This document shows, in pieces, positions 25,063 through 36,434 of a stretch of DNA of 64,000 nt (positions are counted from its first letter, which is position 1; each line of letters opens with the position of its first letter). Location: positions 372,001 to 436,000 of the forward strand of contig JAPDFW010000057.1 of the NCBI GenBank assembly GCA_028826165.1, written 5' to 3'. Origin of the DNA: Anaeramoeba ignava BMAN (taxonomy: Eukaryota > Protista > Anaeramoebae). The position numbers were made by a program, and so were the translations under genes. The notes below the pieces were generated by a model. The model saw only the letters and a program-made list of their open reading frames with translations. It searched no databases and was not told where the DNA came from.

Positions 25063-25662
25063 ATGCAAATGTTATCTGTTAAATGTGTAGTTATTGGAGA
25101 TGCAGGAGTAGGAAAAACGTGCCTTTTGCTATCATATACAACAAGGGAAGGATTTCCAACACAATCTGTTCCAACAGTATGTGAACCAATTCCAATAACA
25201 GTAACAGTAGAAGGAGAACCAATCAATATCAGTTTAGTTGATACAGCAGGAGATGGAAAATATGATTCACTTCATCCATTATCATATCCACAAACAGATA
25301 TTTTTTTGATCTGCTTTTCTTTAGTTTCTCCTTCTTCATTTGAAAATGTAAAATCTAAATGGATTCCTGATCTAAACTATAATTCTCCAAATACTCCTTT
25401 TATTCTTGTTGGAACTAAATTGGATTTGAGAGATGATCCAAATACTGTTAAAAAACTTGAAGAAAAAGGTTTATCTCCAATTACTTTTCAAACAGCAGAA
25501 AGTTTATCCAAAGAAATTAAAGCTGTTGATTATGTTGAATGTTCTGCTTTAACTCAAAAAAATTTAAAGAATGTTTTTGATGTAGTTGTTCGAAAGGGTT
25601 CTTCTTTTGTTCCACCTCCTCCTTATGAAAAAAAAAAATCTGGCAAATGCTTAATTTTATAA
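25063..25662 (+). CDS. Rho-family (Rac-like) small GTPase, atypical
   Basis: [35 protein letters not shown], Rho insert, ECSALTQ, polybasic region + CaaX CLIL; intronless. Confidence 0.93.
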   Translation: MQMLSVKCVVIGDAGVGKTCLLLSYTTREGFPTQSVPTVCEPIPITVTVEGEPINISLVDTAGDGKYDSLHPLSYPQTDIFLICFSLVSPSSFENVKSKWIPDLNYNSPNTPFILVGTKLDLRDDPNTVKKLEEKGLSPITFQTAESLSKEIKAVDYVECSALTQKNLKNVFDVVVRKGSSFVPPPPYEKKKSGKCLIL

Positions 25663-25709
25663 TTCCTTTTTTTTTCCAAATTTATTTTTTCATTTTTTTC
25701 TTTTTAAAA

Positions 25710-27481
25710 ATGAATGATTGTTTATTTTTTGGTTTAAATAAATACTCAAAACTTATCAAAAATAAACCAGAAAAATAACAAAACCAATTCAATTTAAATT
25801 TGAAAATGAAAATGAAAATGAAAATGAAAAACAAATTAAACAAATTTCATCAGGTGATTTTGTAACAATTTTCCTTTTTGAAAATGGAAAAGCAATAAGA
25901 TATTTAAGTGAAAAAGATTCAAATCAAAATCCTGAAAAAATCCAAATTGAAAATATTCAAAAAGTAACTGTTGATTATCTAAATGAAGCTATTTTAACAA
26001 TAGAAGGAAATGTATTTGCAAAAGGAAATGATATTAATCCAAATAATCCAAATAAATTTATCAATATTTCATCATTAATTGAAGATACAAATGATAGAAT
26101 AATTCAAGATATTGTTTCTGGAGCTAAATCAATTTACTTATTAACTTCAAATCAAAATGCTTATGGAATTGGTTCAAATCATTATGGCCAATTTGGTTTT
26201 GATTCTGAAACACTTGAAAAAATAGAAAAACCAATTTTAATGATGAAAAATGTTTCTAAAATATTTTCAGGAAATTCTTCAAATTGTGTTTTTCTTTTAA
26301 ATTCAAATCAAGAATTATTTGGATCTGGTGATAATTATCAAGGTCAACTTGGATTAGGAGAATCAAGAAAAGAAGAAGATAAAATCCAAAAATTAACCAA
26401 AATCCAAAATATTCCAAAAGGTAAAATAATTGATATTCAATGTGGATTTTGGTATTCAATAATGTTGATTGAAAATGAAAATCAAAATCCAAAAAGAAAA
26501 CTTTATTCATGTGGAAATTTTCGATATAATGGACTTGGCAAAAATGAAAATACTTATGAATTTACTGAAATCAAATCATCTTTATTTGATAATGATTATG
26601 ATATTCTTGATTTTTCTTGTGGAAATGTTCATACTTTGATTTTAACTTCCAAAGGGAAATTTATAGTATTTGGATATAATTATTCTGGTCAATTAGGAAC
26701 TGGAGATACAAATGATCAATTAACTCCAATTCAAATTGAACTTCCTAAATTAAGATTTAATGAAAATATTTCCAATTATCATGTTTATTGTGGATTTAAC
26801 AAAACATTTATTTATTATTCTCCTCCTTCTTTTTCCAATCTTGAAGAAGATTTGATAAAATTATTTAGAAGAAAAGAATTTTGTGATATTTCATTTAAAA
26901 CAGAAAATGGAGAAATAATTGAAGCTCATAAATTAATATTGAAATATAGATTAAAAGATCAAAATCAAGATGAAATTGAAAAACTTCAAGAAATTATTTC
27001 AAATAAATCAATTAAAGAATCAAATCAAATATTTGAAATGATTTATTCAAACAGAATAACAAATCCAAAATTATATTCTGAAATTAAAGAAATTATAAAT
27101 TCAAATGAAAAAATTGAAGAAACAATGAAAAGAATTTATTTAAATGAAAATGAAAATGAAAAAGATTTTATAATTGAAAGAAAAGAAAAACAATATAAAT
27201 TTCCAAAATTAATATTAATAATGAGAAGTGAATTATATCGAGGAATGTTTTTATCTGTAACTGAAGATAAATCAAATAAAGTTACAGATTATAGTGAATT
27301 AAGTAATAAATCATTTCAAATATTTGAATATTGGATTTATTTAAATCAAATTAAAGAAGAAATTGAAATTACACAAGAAATCATTAATGAAATTCAAACT
27401 GGAATTGATTATTTTCAATTAAATCAAACAAATCCAAATTTATTTGATTTATTAATTAATAAATTTAATAATCAAAATTAA
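25710..27481 (+). CDS. RCC1-repeat + tandem BTB protein (copy 1); one -1 homopolymer frameshift near 25775
   Basis: ATG at 25710 gives MNDCLFFG, identical to the paralog at 48494; adding one A to CCAGAAAAATAACA restores PEKITKPIQFKF and opens the frame to 27481. Confidence 0.85.
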
Positions 27482-27489
27482 TAAAGAAA

Positions 27490-28470
27490 ATAAGAATAGA
27501 TTTAATATTTAATTTATAAATTAATTTAAAAATATAATTTAATATTTAATTTTATTACTAAAATATTAATTTATTGTTTTAGATTTAAATATTTTCTTAT
27601 TTAAATATTTAACATATAAATATAAAAAATGGAAATAAATTTAATTTAATATTTAATTTATAAATTAATTTAAAAATATAATTTAATAATTAATTTTATT
27701 ATTAAAATATTAATTTATTGTTTTAGATTTAAATATTTTCTTATTTAAATATTTAACATATAAATATAAAAATGGAAATAAATTTAATTTAATATTTAAT
27801 TTATAAATTAATTTAAAAAATATAATTTAATAATTAATTTTATTATTAAAATATTAATTTATTGTTTTAGATTTAAATATTTTATTATTTAAATATTTAA
27901 CATATAAATATAAAAATGAGAATAGGTTTAATTTAATATTTAATTTATAAATTAATTTAAAAATATAATTTAATATTTAATTTTTATTAAAAATAATAAT
28001 TTAATGTTTTAGATTTAAATATTTTATTATTTAATTATTAAACATATAAATATAAAAATAAGAATAAATTTAATTTAATATTTAATTTGGAAATTAATTT
28101 AAAAATATAATTTAATATTTAATTTTGTGTTTAAAATAATAATTTAATGTTTTAGATTTAAATATTTTTTATTATTTAAATATTTAACATATAAATATAA
28201 AAATAAGAATAGATTTAATTTAATATTTAATTTGGAAATTAATTTAAAAATATAATTTAATATTTAATTTTATTATTAAAATAATAATTTAATGTTTTAG
28301 ATTTAAATATTTTATTATTTAAATATTAAACATATAAATATAAAAATAAGAATAGATTTAATTTAATATTTAATTTATAAATTAATTTAAAAATATAATT
28401 TAATATTTAATTTTATTATTAAAATAATAATTTATTGTTTTAGATTTAAATATTTTATTATTTAAAAATA
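27490..28470. repeat. Tandem satellite, ~144-bp unit, ~6.5 copies
   Basis: Anchor AACATATAAATATAAAAA at ~27611, 27755, 27899, 28041, 28186, 28329. Confidence 0.9.
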
Positions 28471-28873
28471 TTTTGAAAATTGATTTTTTTGAAATTAAAA
28501 TTTTATCTTTTTTTTTGAATTAAATTGAATTAATATTAATTTGGAAATTTGTTTTTAAATTTAAATTTATTAATAATTTTTAAATTCCAAAAAAAAAAAT
28601 TAAATTAAAAATTAAATTAAAATAATTTTCTTTTTTTTTTAATAATAAAAATTAATAAAAAATAATAATAATTTATTAATAAATTAATTTAAAATAATAA
28701 ATTAAAAAGAAAATTAAATTAATTATTAATTTAAATTTATTCTCATTTTTTATATTTTTATTTATTTTCAAAATCCACTTTTTTTATTCATTTTTTTTTT
28801 TAAATTTTTTTTTCATTTTTTTTCCTTTTTTTTTAAAACAAACAAAAACAAACAACAAAAACACAAAAACAAA

Positions 28874-30706
28874 ATGGATAACAATAATAATAATAACCAA
28901 ATTGAAAATGCAAATCAAAATCAAAATGAAAATGAAATGAAAAATTTAGAAAAAAAAGTAACAAAAAATTTAATTAAAGATTATTCAAACCTTTTAAATG
29001 AAAATTCATTTAAAGATTTTTCAATTTTTGTTGAGAATAAATCAAATCCTTTTGAAATTAAAGTTCATAAATCAATTTTATCTTCAAGATCTCCTTTTTT
29101 TAATGAATCATTAAGGCAAGAATCTCTTTCTATTTCTTTAAATCAATTTAATAAAAAAGAAATGGAATCAATTTTGAGTTATATTTATTATGGAAATATT
29201 TCTTTTGAGAATCAAGAAAATCTTATTCAATTATTAGAAATTTCAATTTATTTTAAATTAAATTTATTGAAAGAAATTATTCAAAAAAAAATTTCAAATT
29301 CAATTAATTATTCAAATTTTTTCCAATTTTTATTCCAAAATCGAAATTTAAATTCAAATGAAATTGAAATAAAATGTTTTGAATTAATAAATCAAAATTT
29401 TTCCCAAATTCAAAATAATGAGAATTTATTCAATTTAACTAAAGAAGAAATTATCAAATTTATTCAATTTAAACAAGAAAAAAAAGAAATTTTTCAATTT
29501 GATTTTTTTCAATTTTTAAATCATTGGATTGAAAAAAGAATTAATTCATTAAAAGGAAAGAAATATGAAAACAAAATGAATGCAAAGAAAAGATTATTTC
29601 ATTCTTTTTTTTCATTATTTGATAAAGATTCAATTTCAAAACAAGATTTTGATAAATTAAAACAATTTGATTTTTTTCCTAAATCTATTTTCATCAAGAA
29701 GCAAAAAAAATTAATTCAAGATAATCAAAAAGAAATTGAAGAGAAATGGAAGAAAGAAGTTGAGAATAAAGAGAAGGAAAATCAACAAATGAAAATCGAA
29801 ATTGAAGAGAAATGGAAGAAAGAAGTTGAGAATAAAAAAAAAGAAATTGAAGAGAAATGGAAGAAAGAAATTGAAAAGAAAAACAAAGAAGTTGAAGAGA
29901 AATGGAAGAAAGAAATTGAGAATAAAAAAAAAGAAAATCAACAAATGAAAATTGAAATTGAAGAGAAATGGAAGAAAGAAATTAAAAAGAAAGATAAAAT
30001 TCTGAAACAAAAAGAGAAGGAAATTCAAAATCTTAAATTATCATTTGAAAAAGAAAAACAAAAACAAAATAAAAATCAAAAAGAAATTCAAAAAGAAATT
30101 CAAAAAGAAAATCAAAATCAAAAACAAAAACAAAATAAAAATCAAAATCAAAAGAAATTGTTGAAGATTTTTTCCAAGTCAAGAATTGTGAAAGATATTG
30201 AATATGTTAAGAAATTACAAGAATGGATAAATGATAATAATTTTTTTTCTAAAATGAAAAAAGGATTTCCAGCAAAAAAAGATGGATTTAATTCTCAAAA
30301 TTGGCATAAAGCAGTTGATGGGAAAGGAAAAATATTAATTATTATCAAAACAAAAGATAATTTTATTTTTGGAGGTTTTACTCAAGTTGGATTTAATGGA
30401 AATACAGGAGACATTTATGATTCAAATGCATTTATTTTTTCATTAAGAAATGATAAAGGAGATAGAATATCTGCAAAGTTTACAATTAAAACACCTCAAA
30501 GTGCAATTTATTCTAATTTAAATTATGGTCCATATTTTGGAAATGATTTTCGTTTATCTTCTAATTTACAATCTGGTTGGTCAGATTTTGGTAATAGTTA
30601 TAATCTACCTAATGGAATTACTTATGGAACAAATGAAGCTAGAAGTTATTTAGCTGGTTCTTATAATAAATGGGTTGTTGATGAACTTGAAACTTATTTC
30701 ATTTAA
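28874..30706 (+). CDS. BTB + coiled-coil + TLDc protein
   Basis: FKDFSIFV...VHKSILSSRSPFF (BTB), EIEEKWKKE repeats, TLDc motifs DGFNSQNWH, NFIFGGFT, AFIFSL, YGPYFG, VVDELETYF. Confidence 0.9.
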   Translation: MDNNNNNNQIENANQNQNENEMKNLEKKVTKNLIKDYSNLLNENSFKDFSIFVENKSNPFEIKVHKSILSSRSPFFNESLRQESLSISLNQFNKKEMESILSYIYYGNISFENQENLIQLLEISIYFKLNLLKEIIQKKISNSINYSNFFQFLFQNRNLNSNEIEIKCFELINQNFSQIQNNENLFNLTKEEIIKFIQFKQEKKEIFQFDFFQFLNHWIEKRINSLKGKKYENKMNAKKRLFHSFFSLFDKDSISKQDFDKLKQFDFFPKSIFIKKQKKLIQDNQKEIEEKWKKEVENKEKENQQMKIEIEEKWKKEVENKKKEIEEKWKKEIEKKNKEVEEKWKKEIENKKKENQQMKIEIEEKWKKEIKKKDKILKQKEKEIQNLKLSFEKEKQKQNKNQKEIQKEIQKENQNQKQKQNKNQNQKKLLKIFSKSRIVKDIEYVKKLQEWINDNNFFSKMKKGFPAKKDGFNSQNWHKAVDGKGKILIIIKTKDNFIFGGFTQVGFNGNTGDIYDSNAFIFSLRNDKGDRISAKFTIKTPQSAIYSNLNYGPYFGNDFRLSSNLQSGWSDFGNSYNLPNGITYGTNEARSYLAGSYNKWVVDELETYFI

Positions 30707-32211
30707 AAATTAATTAATAATAAGAAAATCAAACTTTTTTTTTTTAATTTTTTTTTTTCAAAATTTAATTCAATTTTAATTTACTTTTAATCAAATTAAT
30801 TTCTTTAAAATAATAAATAAGAAACAAGTTTAATTTTAAATAATTTAATTTTAATTTAAAATATTTATTAAAAATTTAATTAATAAAAATAATCCAAAAA
30901 AAATGATAAATTTTAAAAATTGAATATTTTTAATATTATAAATAAAAATAAAAATTGAAAATAGAAATTAATAATAATTAAATTTAAATTCATTAATTAA
31001 AATATTAAAATAAAAATCAAATAAAATTTATTATTAATTAATATTTAAATATTAATAAATTATAATCAAAATCAAAAATAGAATAATTAGTAAATTATTT
31101 TTAGAAAGTTTATCTTATTCAATCATGTTAAATTCAATTTATTTAAAATTTTTAATTTTTAATTTTATTTTTAATATGTTTTATTATAATTAAAATTGAA
31201 ATAATAAATAAATAAAAATATTAATATAATAAATAAAAATATTATATCAAATTAAAATAAAATAAATTTAAATTAAATTATTATTAAATATTATTAAAAT
31301 TAAAGATTTATGTTTATTAAAAATATTTATTCCATTTTTTCTCATATTTTATTAAATTAAAATGAAATAATAAGTAATTAAAAATATTTTTATAATAAAT
31401 AAAAATATTAATAAAATTAAAATAAAATAAATTTAAATTAAATTTAATTATTTATTATTCTTTATTCCATTTTTGAAATAAATTAATTAAAATATTTTTT
31501 ATTATTTTATTAAATTATTGGGAATAATTTTATATTATTTTAAATAAATAAATATTAATAAAATATATAAAATAAAATTAATTTTAAATTGAATTATTTA
31601 ATATTCTTTATTCCATTTTTGAAATAAATTAATAAAAATATTTTATAATTGAAAGAAAGAAAAACAATATAAATTTTATATTATTTTAAATAAATAAATG
31701 AATTATAAAAAATGTTTTTATCTATAATTAATTTTAAATTTAATTATTTACAGATTATATTTATTCCATTAATAAGTAATAAAATTTAAAATAAGAAAAA
31801 TGGATTTATTCAATTGAAAGATGGAAAAGAAAAACAATAAACATTTAATAAATTAAAATTATTGATTATTTTTGAATTAAATCAAAGGAATCCAAATTTT
31901 TTGGTTTGTAATTAAGAAATTTAACAAATCAGAATTAAAGATTAAAATTAAAATTAAAATTAAAAATCAAAATCAAATATGAATTAAAATTAAAATCAAA
32001 ATTAAAAATCAAATTCAAAAATTAAAATTAAAATCAAAATCAAAATTAAAATGAAAATCAAAATTAAAATTGAAATTTAAAATTAAAAAACAAATTAAAA
32101 TTAAAATTAAATTTAAAATTAAAATTATAATTAAAATTAAAATTAAAATTAAAATTAAAATCAAAATTCCAAAATCATTTTTTTCATTTTTTTTCAATTT
32201 TTTATTTAAAA

Positions 32212-33631
32212 ATGGAAAATTATTTAAATTTAGAAAAACTTTCAAATGATTTAAAAAATTTATTTCAAAATCAAAATCAAAATGAAAATGAAAAAGAAAG
32301 TTATTTTGATTTTGAAATAATTTGTGAACAAAATCAAACTTCATTTAAAACTCATAAATCAATTCTTTCTTCAAGAAGTGAATATTTTAAAACTCTTTTT
32401 AAATCTAAAATGAAAGAATATCAAGAAAATAAATTAATTTTAAAAGATGTTTCAAGTTCAATTCTATCTTCAATTTTAAATTATTTTTATTCAGGAAAAA
32501 TTGAAATTAATTTAGAAAATGTTATTGAAATTTTAATTTTTTCATCAAAATATTTAATTGATGAATTAATTGAAACTTCGTTTAAATTTTATCAAAAACA
32601 ATTTACAATTTGAAACTATTATTGATGTTATTAAATTATCTGAATTAATGAATTTCAATCAATTATTAGATTTTGCTTATCAATTTATTTCAGAAAATTT
32701 TAATGAATTTATGAAAACTCCTTTTTTTCTTGAACTTGAAGAAAATCATTTAAATTTAATTTTATCAAATGACCAAATTTTAATAAATGAATTTGAAATA
32801 TGCCAATCAATAATAAAATGGGGAAAACATAAATCAAATATTAACCAAGAAAAAGAATTAGAAAAAGAAGAAAAAGAACAAATACAAAATCAAATTTCAA
32901 ATGTTGTTGATAAAATCAGATTTATTGATTTTACAAAAGAAGAACTAGGAGATATTTTGAAAGAAGATTTAATTCCAAATCAATTTTCACAAAAATTAAT
33001 TCAATTCCAAAAAATCCAAGAAACTGGAGATGAAAAAGAACTAAATCAATTTATTGAAAAAGAAAATTCATTAATTTTCAAATCAAGATTTAGATTTGAT
33101 TCAGAAATTGTTACAAAAGAAGAATATGTTAAGAAATTACAAGAATGGATAAATGATAATGATTTTTTTTCCAAAATGAAAAAAGGATTTTCAGCAAAAA
33201 GAGATGGATTTAATTCTCGAAAATGGCATAAAGCAGTTGATAGGAAAGGAAAAACATTAATTATTATCAAAACAAAAGATAATTTTATTTTTGGAGGTTT
33301 TACTCAAGTTGGATTTAAAGGAAATTCAGGATGGATTAATGATGCAAATGCATTTATTTTTTCATTAAGAAATGATAAAGGGGATAGAATATCTGAAAAG
33401 TTTACAATTAAACAAGGTTCTGCAATTTATTCTCAATTAGATTATGGTCCAAGATTTGGACTTGGAATTGATTTTTATTTACTTGGAAATTTACAACCTG
33501 GTTATTCGAATTTTGGTTATAGTTATAATCTTCCTAATGGAATTAAACATGGAACAAATGAAGCTCAAAGTTATTTAGCTGGTTCTTATGATAAATGGGT
33601 TGTTGATGAACTTGAGTCTTTTTTCATTTAA
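32212..33631 (+). CDS. BTB-BACK-TLDc protein with a +1 frameshift near 32579
   Basis: ORFs 32212-32613 (BTB: FKTHKSILSSRSEYF) and 32570-33631 (BACK + TLDc) overlap; removing one base from ACTTCGTTTA gives ETCLNFIKNNL. Either a sequence error or a young pseudogene. Confidence 0.8.
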
Positions 33632-33773
33632 TTTCATATTTTTCAAAATTAAAATCAAAATTAAAATCAAAATTAAAATCAATTCGAAAATTTAGTTCTT
33701 TGGTTTATTTCTAAATTAATTATTATTATTTAATCTAAAAAAAAATGAAAGAAAAAAAAGTTTGTTTTGCTTT

Positions 33774-36191
33774 TTAATTATTTGAATCTTCTTGTGTTGT
33801 TGAAGTAGATTTTGTTGACGATTTTGTTGAAGAAGAAATTGAAGAAAGATCATGATTTTCATCCCAAAATTTAATACTAACTTTTTTTTCATAAAATTCT
33901 TCTTTCAATTTACCAAGAAAAACACCATCTAAATTATGAATATCTCTCAAATTAATAAATTGTAAATTAAGACAATTTGTTGTTAAATATTGAACACCTT
34001 TTGTTGAAATTGAATCACATCCTTTACAATCAATCCATTGAATTTGTTTGCAACCTTTTGATAAATATTTTAATCCTTTATCTGTTATTTGTTTGCAATT
34101 AGAAATATTTAAGAAATTAATATTTGGACAATTTTGTGAGAAAGTTTTTAAATTTTGATCATTTAGATTTGTTGCAGAAATAGCCAATGTAACAAGTTTA
34201 GTGCAATTAATAGCAATTTCATTGATTCCAATATTTGTGAGTTGGGAACATTCATCAATATCTATTGCAATTAAATTAGGTGATTTTTTGGCAAATTTTT
34301 TCATTCCTTCATCAGTAATTGAACATGATGAAAATGATATTGCTCTTAAATTATTGGTTTCTCTTGATAATATTTCTAGTGTTTTATCTGTGATTAATGA
34401 ACAAAATTCAAAATCAAGTTCTTTCAAGTTCAAAAAACAATTTGAAATTGCTAAATGATCAACAATTAATTCAACTGTTTTATCAGTTATTTCTGAAGAA
34501 GAAAATCTTAAAATCTGGATATTATTCAAAATTTGTGAATATTCATTATCATTATCATTTTCATTTTCCAAAAATCCAATAAATTCATCATTAAGAGAAG
34601 TAATTTCATTTAAATCTAAAATTTCTAAAAAAGGACAGGATTGAATGATGTTTTCTATTCCTTGATTTGTAACATTTTCATTAGATTCAAGAGAAAGTTT
34701 TTTGAGTCTAGTATTATTTATTGAGATGTAATCCAAAATATTATCTGTAATATCACATTCATCTAAAATTAAAGTTTTAAGGTTTGTTAATCCACCCAAA
34801 AGAGCTTTTAGACTTGAAGTATTAAGTTCTTTGTGATCAGATAGATCAAGATATTTTAGTTTATTGCATTCAGAACTAAAATCTGCAAATATTGATTGTA
34901 GATAACCATCATAAATTGAAGATACATCTTCACTTTCATCATCTTCATCTTCATCTTCATTTTCATCATTATCTTTTTTGATATTTTTTTCATTTTCATC
35001 ATTATCTTTTTTGATATTTTTTTCATTTTCATCTAAATCAAATTCATTCATTATTTCATCAACAACTTTATTAATATCATTTTCATTTTCATTTTCATTT
35101 TCATTTTCATTTTCATTTTCATTTTCATTTTCATTTTCATTTTCATTTTGATTTTCATTTTCATTTTCATTTTGATTTTCATTTTCATTTTCATTTTGAT
35201 TTTCATTTTCATTTTCATTTTCATTTTCATTTTCATTTTGATTTTGATTTTGATTTTGATTTTCATTTTCATTTTCATTTTCATTATCATTTTCATTTTC
35301 ATTTTCATTTTGATTTTGATTTTGATTTTGATTTTCATTTTCATTTTGATTTTGATCTGAATCAGTTTCAGATTCTGTCTCTGTTTCAGTTTCAGATTCA
35401 GTTTCTGTTTCTTCATCACCAAATTCATCAGTTTCACCCAAAGCTAAATATTCAATATTGGGACAATTAGTTAAATATTCTAAAGATTGTTCTGATATCA
35501 ATTTACAACCAACTAAAGATAATTTAATCAATTTATCTCCACAACCTTGAGAAATCTCACGAATTGAATCATCAGAAATTAAATCACAATAATCAAGGAT
35601 AAAAGTATTTAAACGAGGACAATTCTCAACAAAAGCTTTTATTGTTCTGTCTTTAACCCAAAAACACATTTCAAAATTGACTTTTTCTAAATTCTTCAAA
35701 CAAGTCATTTTGGAATAACCCCAACGAGTAATAGCTCCATTCATTCCTGATAGATTTAATGATTTAATACTTTTCTGATATTTTGATATAAAATTCACAA
35801 TACTAAATTCATTTAAATTTTTGCAATTTTTAAAAATAACTTCTTCAACTTCATTTGCCCATTTACTTATTTTATGAATTGAATTTGAATCATATTTATA
35901 TTGTTCAGGATATTTTGAAAAATTTCTAAAAATGGGAAGCATTTCAATTTCTATTCCTTTTGGTGATAAATCTATTTTCTTCCATAATTTTTTAGATTTT
36001 GAACAGTTTCTCCATTTTTTACAAACTAATCCTGCTTTTATTTTGTTTTTTATATCTAAATTTTGAAATATTTTTATTAATAATTCATCTGGAAACATTT
36101 CTATTATTGATTTTTTATAATTTTTTTGATTTTTTCTTTTAATTTGTGTTTTTCTTGCTTTTCTTCTTTTTGTTTTTTGATTTAAATTCAT
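33774..36191 (-). CDS. F-box/LRR (FBXL-type) protein with acidic N/E insertion
   Basis: F-box FPDELLIKIFQNL...VCKKW; cysteine-containing LRRs (CxxITDxG); ENENQN tract at ~35080-35350. Confidence 0.92.
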   Translation of the reverse strand: MNLNQKTKRRKARKTQIKRKNQKNYKKSIIEMFPDELLIKIFQNLDIKNKIKAGLVCKKWRNCSKSKKLWKKIDLSPKGIEIEMLPIFRNFSKYPEQYKYDSNSIHKISKWANEVEEVIFKNCKNLNEFSIVNFISKYQKSIKSLNLSGMNGAITRWGYSKMTCLKNLEKVNFEMCFWVKDRTIKAFVENCPRLNTFILDYCDLISDDSIREISQGCGDKLIKLSLVGCKLISEQSLEYLTNCPNIEYLALGETDEFGDEETETESETETETESETDSDQNQNENENQNQNQNQNENENENDNENENENENQNQNQNQNENENENENENENQNENENENQNENENENQNENENENENENENENENENENENDINKVVDEIMNEFDLDENEKNIKKDNDENEKNIKKDNDENEDEDEDDESEDVSSIYDGYLQSIFADFSSECNKLKYLDLSDHKELNTSSLKALLGGLTNLKTLILDECDITDNILDYISINNTRLKKLSLESNENVTNQGIENIIQSCPFLEILDLNEITSLNDEFIGFLENENDNDNEYSQILNNIQILRFSSSEITDKTVELIVDHLAISNCFLNLKELDFEFCSLITDKTLEILSRETNNLRAISFSSCSITDEGMKKFAKKSPNLIAIDIDECSQLTNIGINEIAINCTKLVTLAISATNLNDQNLKTFSQNCPNINFLNISNCKQITDKGLKYLSKGCKQIQWIDCKGCDSISTKGVQYLTTNCLNLQFINLRDIHNLDGVFLGKLKEEFYEKKVSIKFWDENHDLSSISSSTKSSTKSTSTTQEDSNN

Positions 36192-36434
36192 TTTTATAAT
36201 TATTAAAAATGAAAAATGAAAAAATAATTTTTTTTTAATTTTAATTTTTTTTAATTTTAATTTTTTTTATATTTTTTTTTTCTGGAATTTTGAAATAAAA
36301 ACAAATTCCAAAAAGAAAAGAACAAAAAAAAATTTTTTTTTTTCCATTTTTAATTTTAAATTTGATTTTGATTTTGATTTTAATTTTAATTTTAATTTTA
36401 TAAATGAATTTTGATTTTGATTTTGATTTTGTTT

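Noticed and set aside
23500-28470. Regular arrays considered as CRISPR or mobile elements
   Set aside because: Whole units repeat with no unique spacers, terminal inverted repeats, target-site duplications or transposase/cas genes; context is eukaryotic.
30707-32200. 1.5-kb AT-rich spacer with degenerate internal repeats (TTTATTCCATTTTT)
   Set aside because: No ORF, RNA-gene signature or clear periodicity that I can support.
25770-32585. Programmed frameshifting at ~25775 and ~32579 (also ~2360, ~3120)
   Set aside because: Single-base indels, mostly in homopolymers or repeats, with no shared slippery motif; intact paralogs exist. Sequencing error or young pseudogenisation is simpler.
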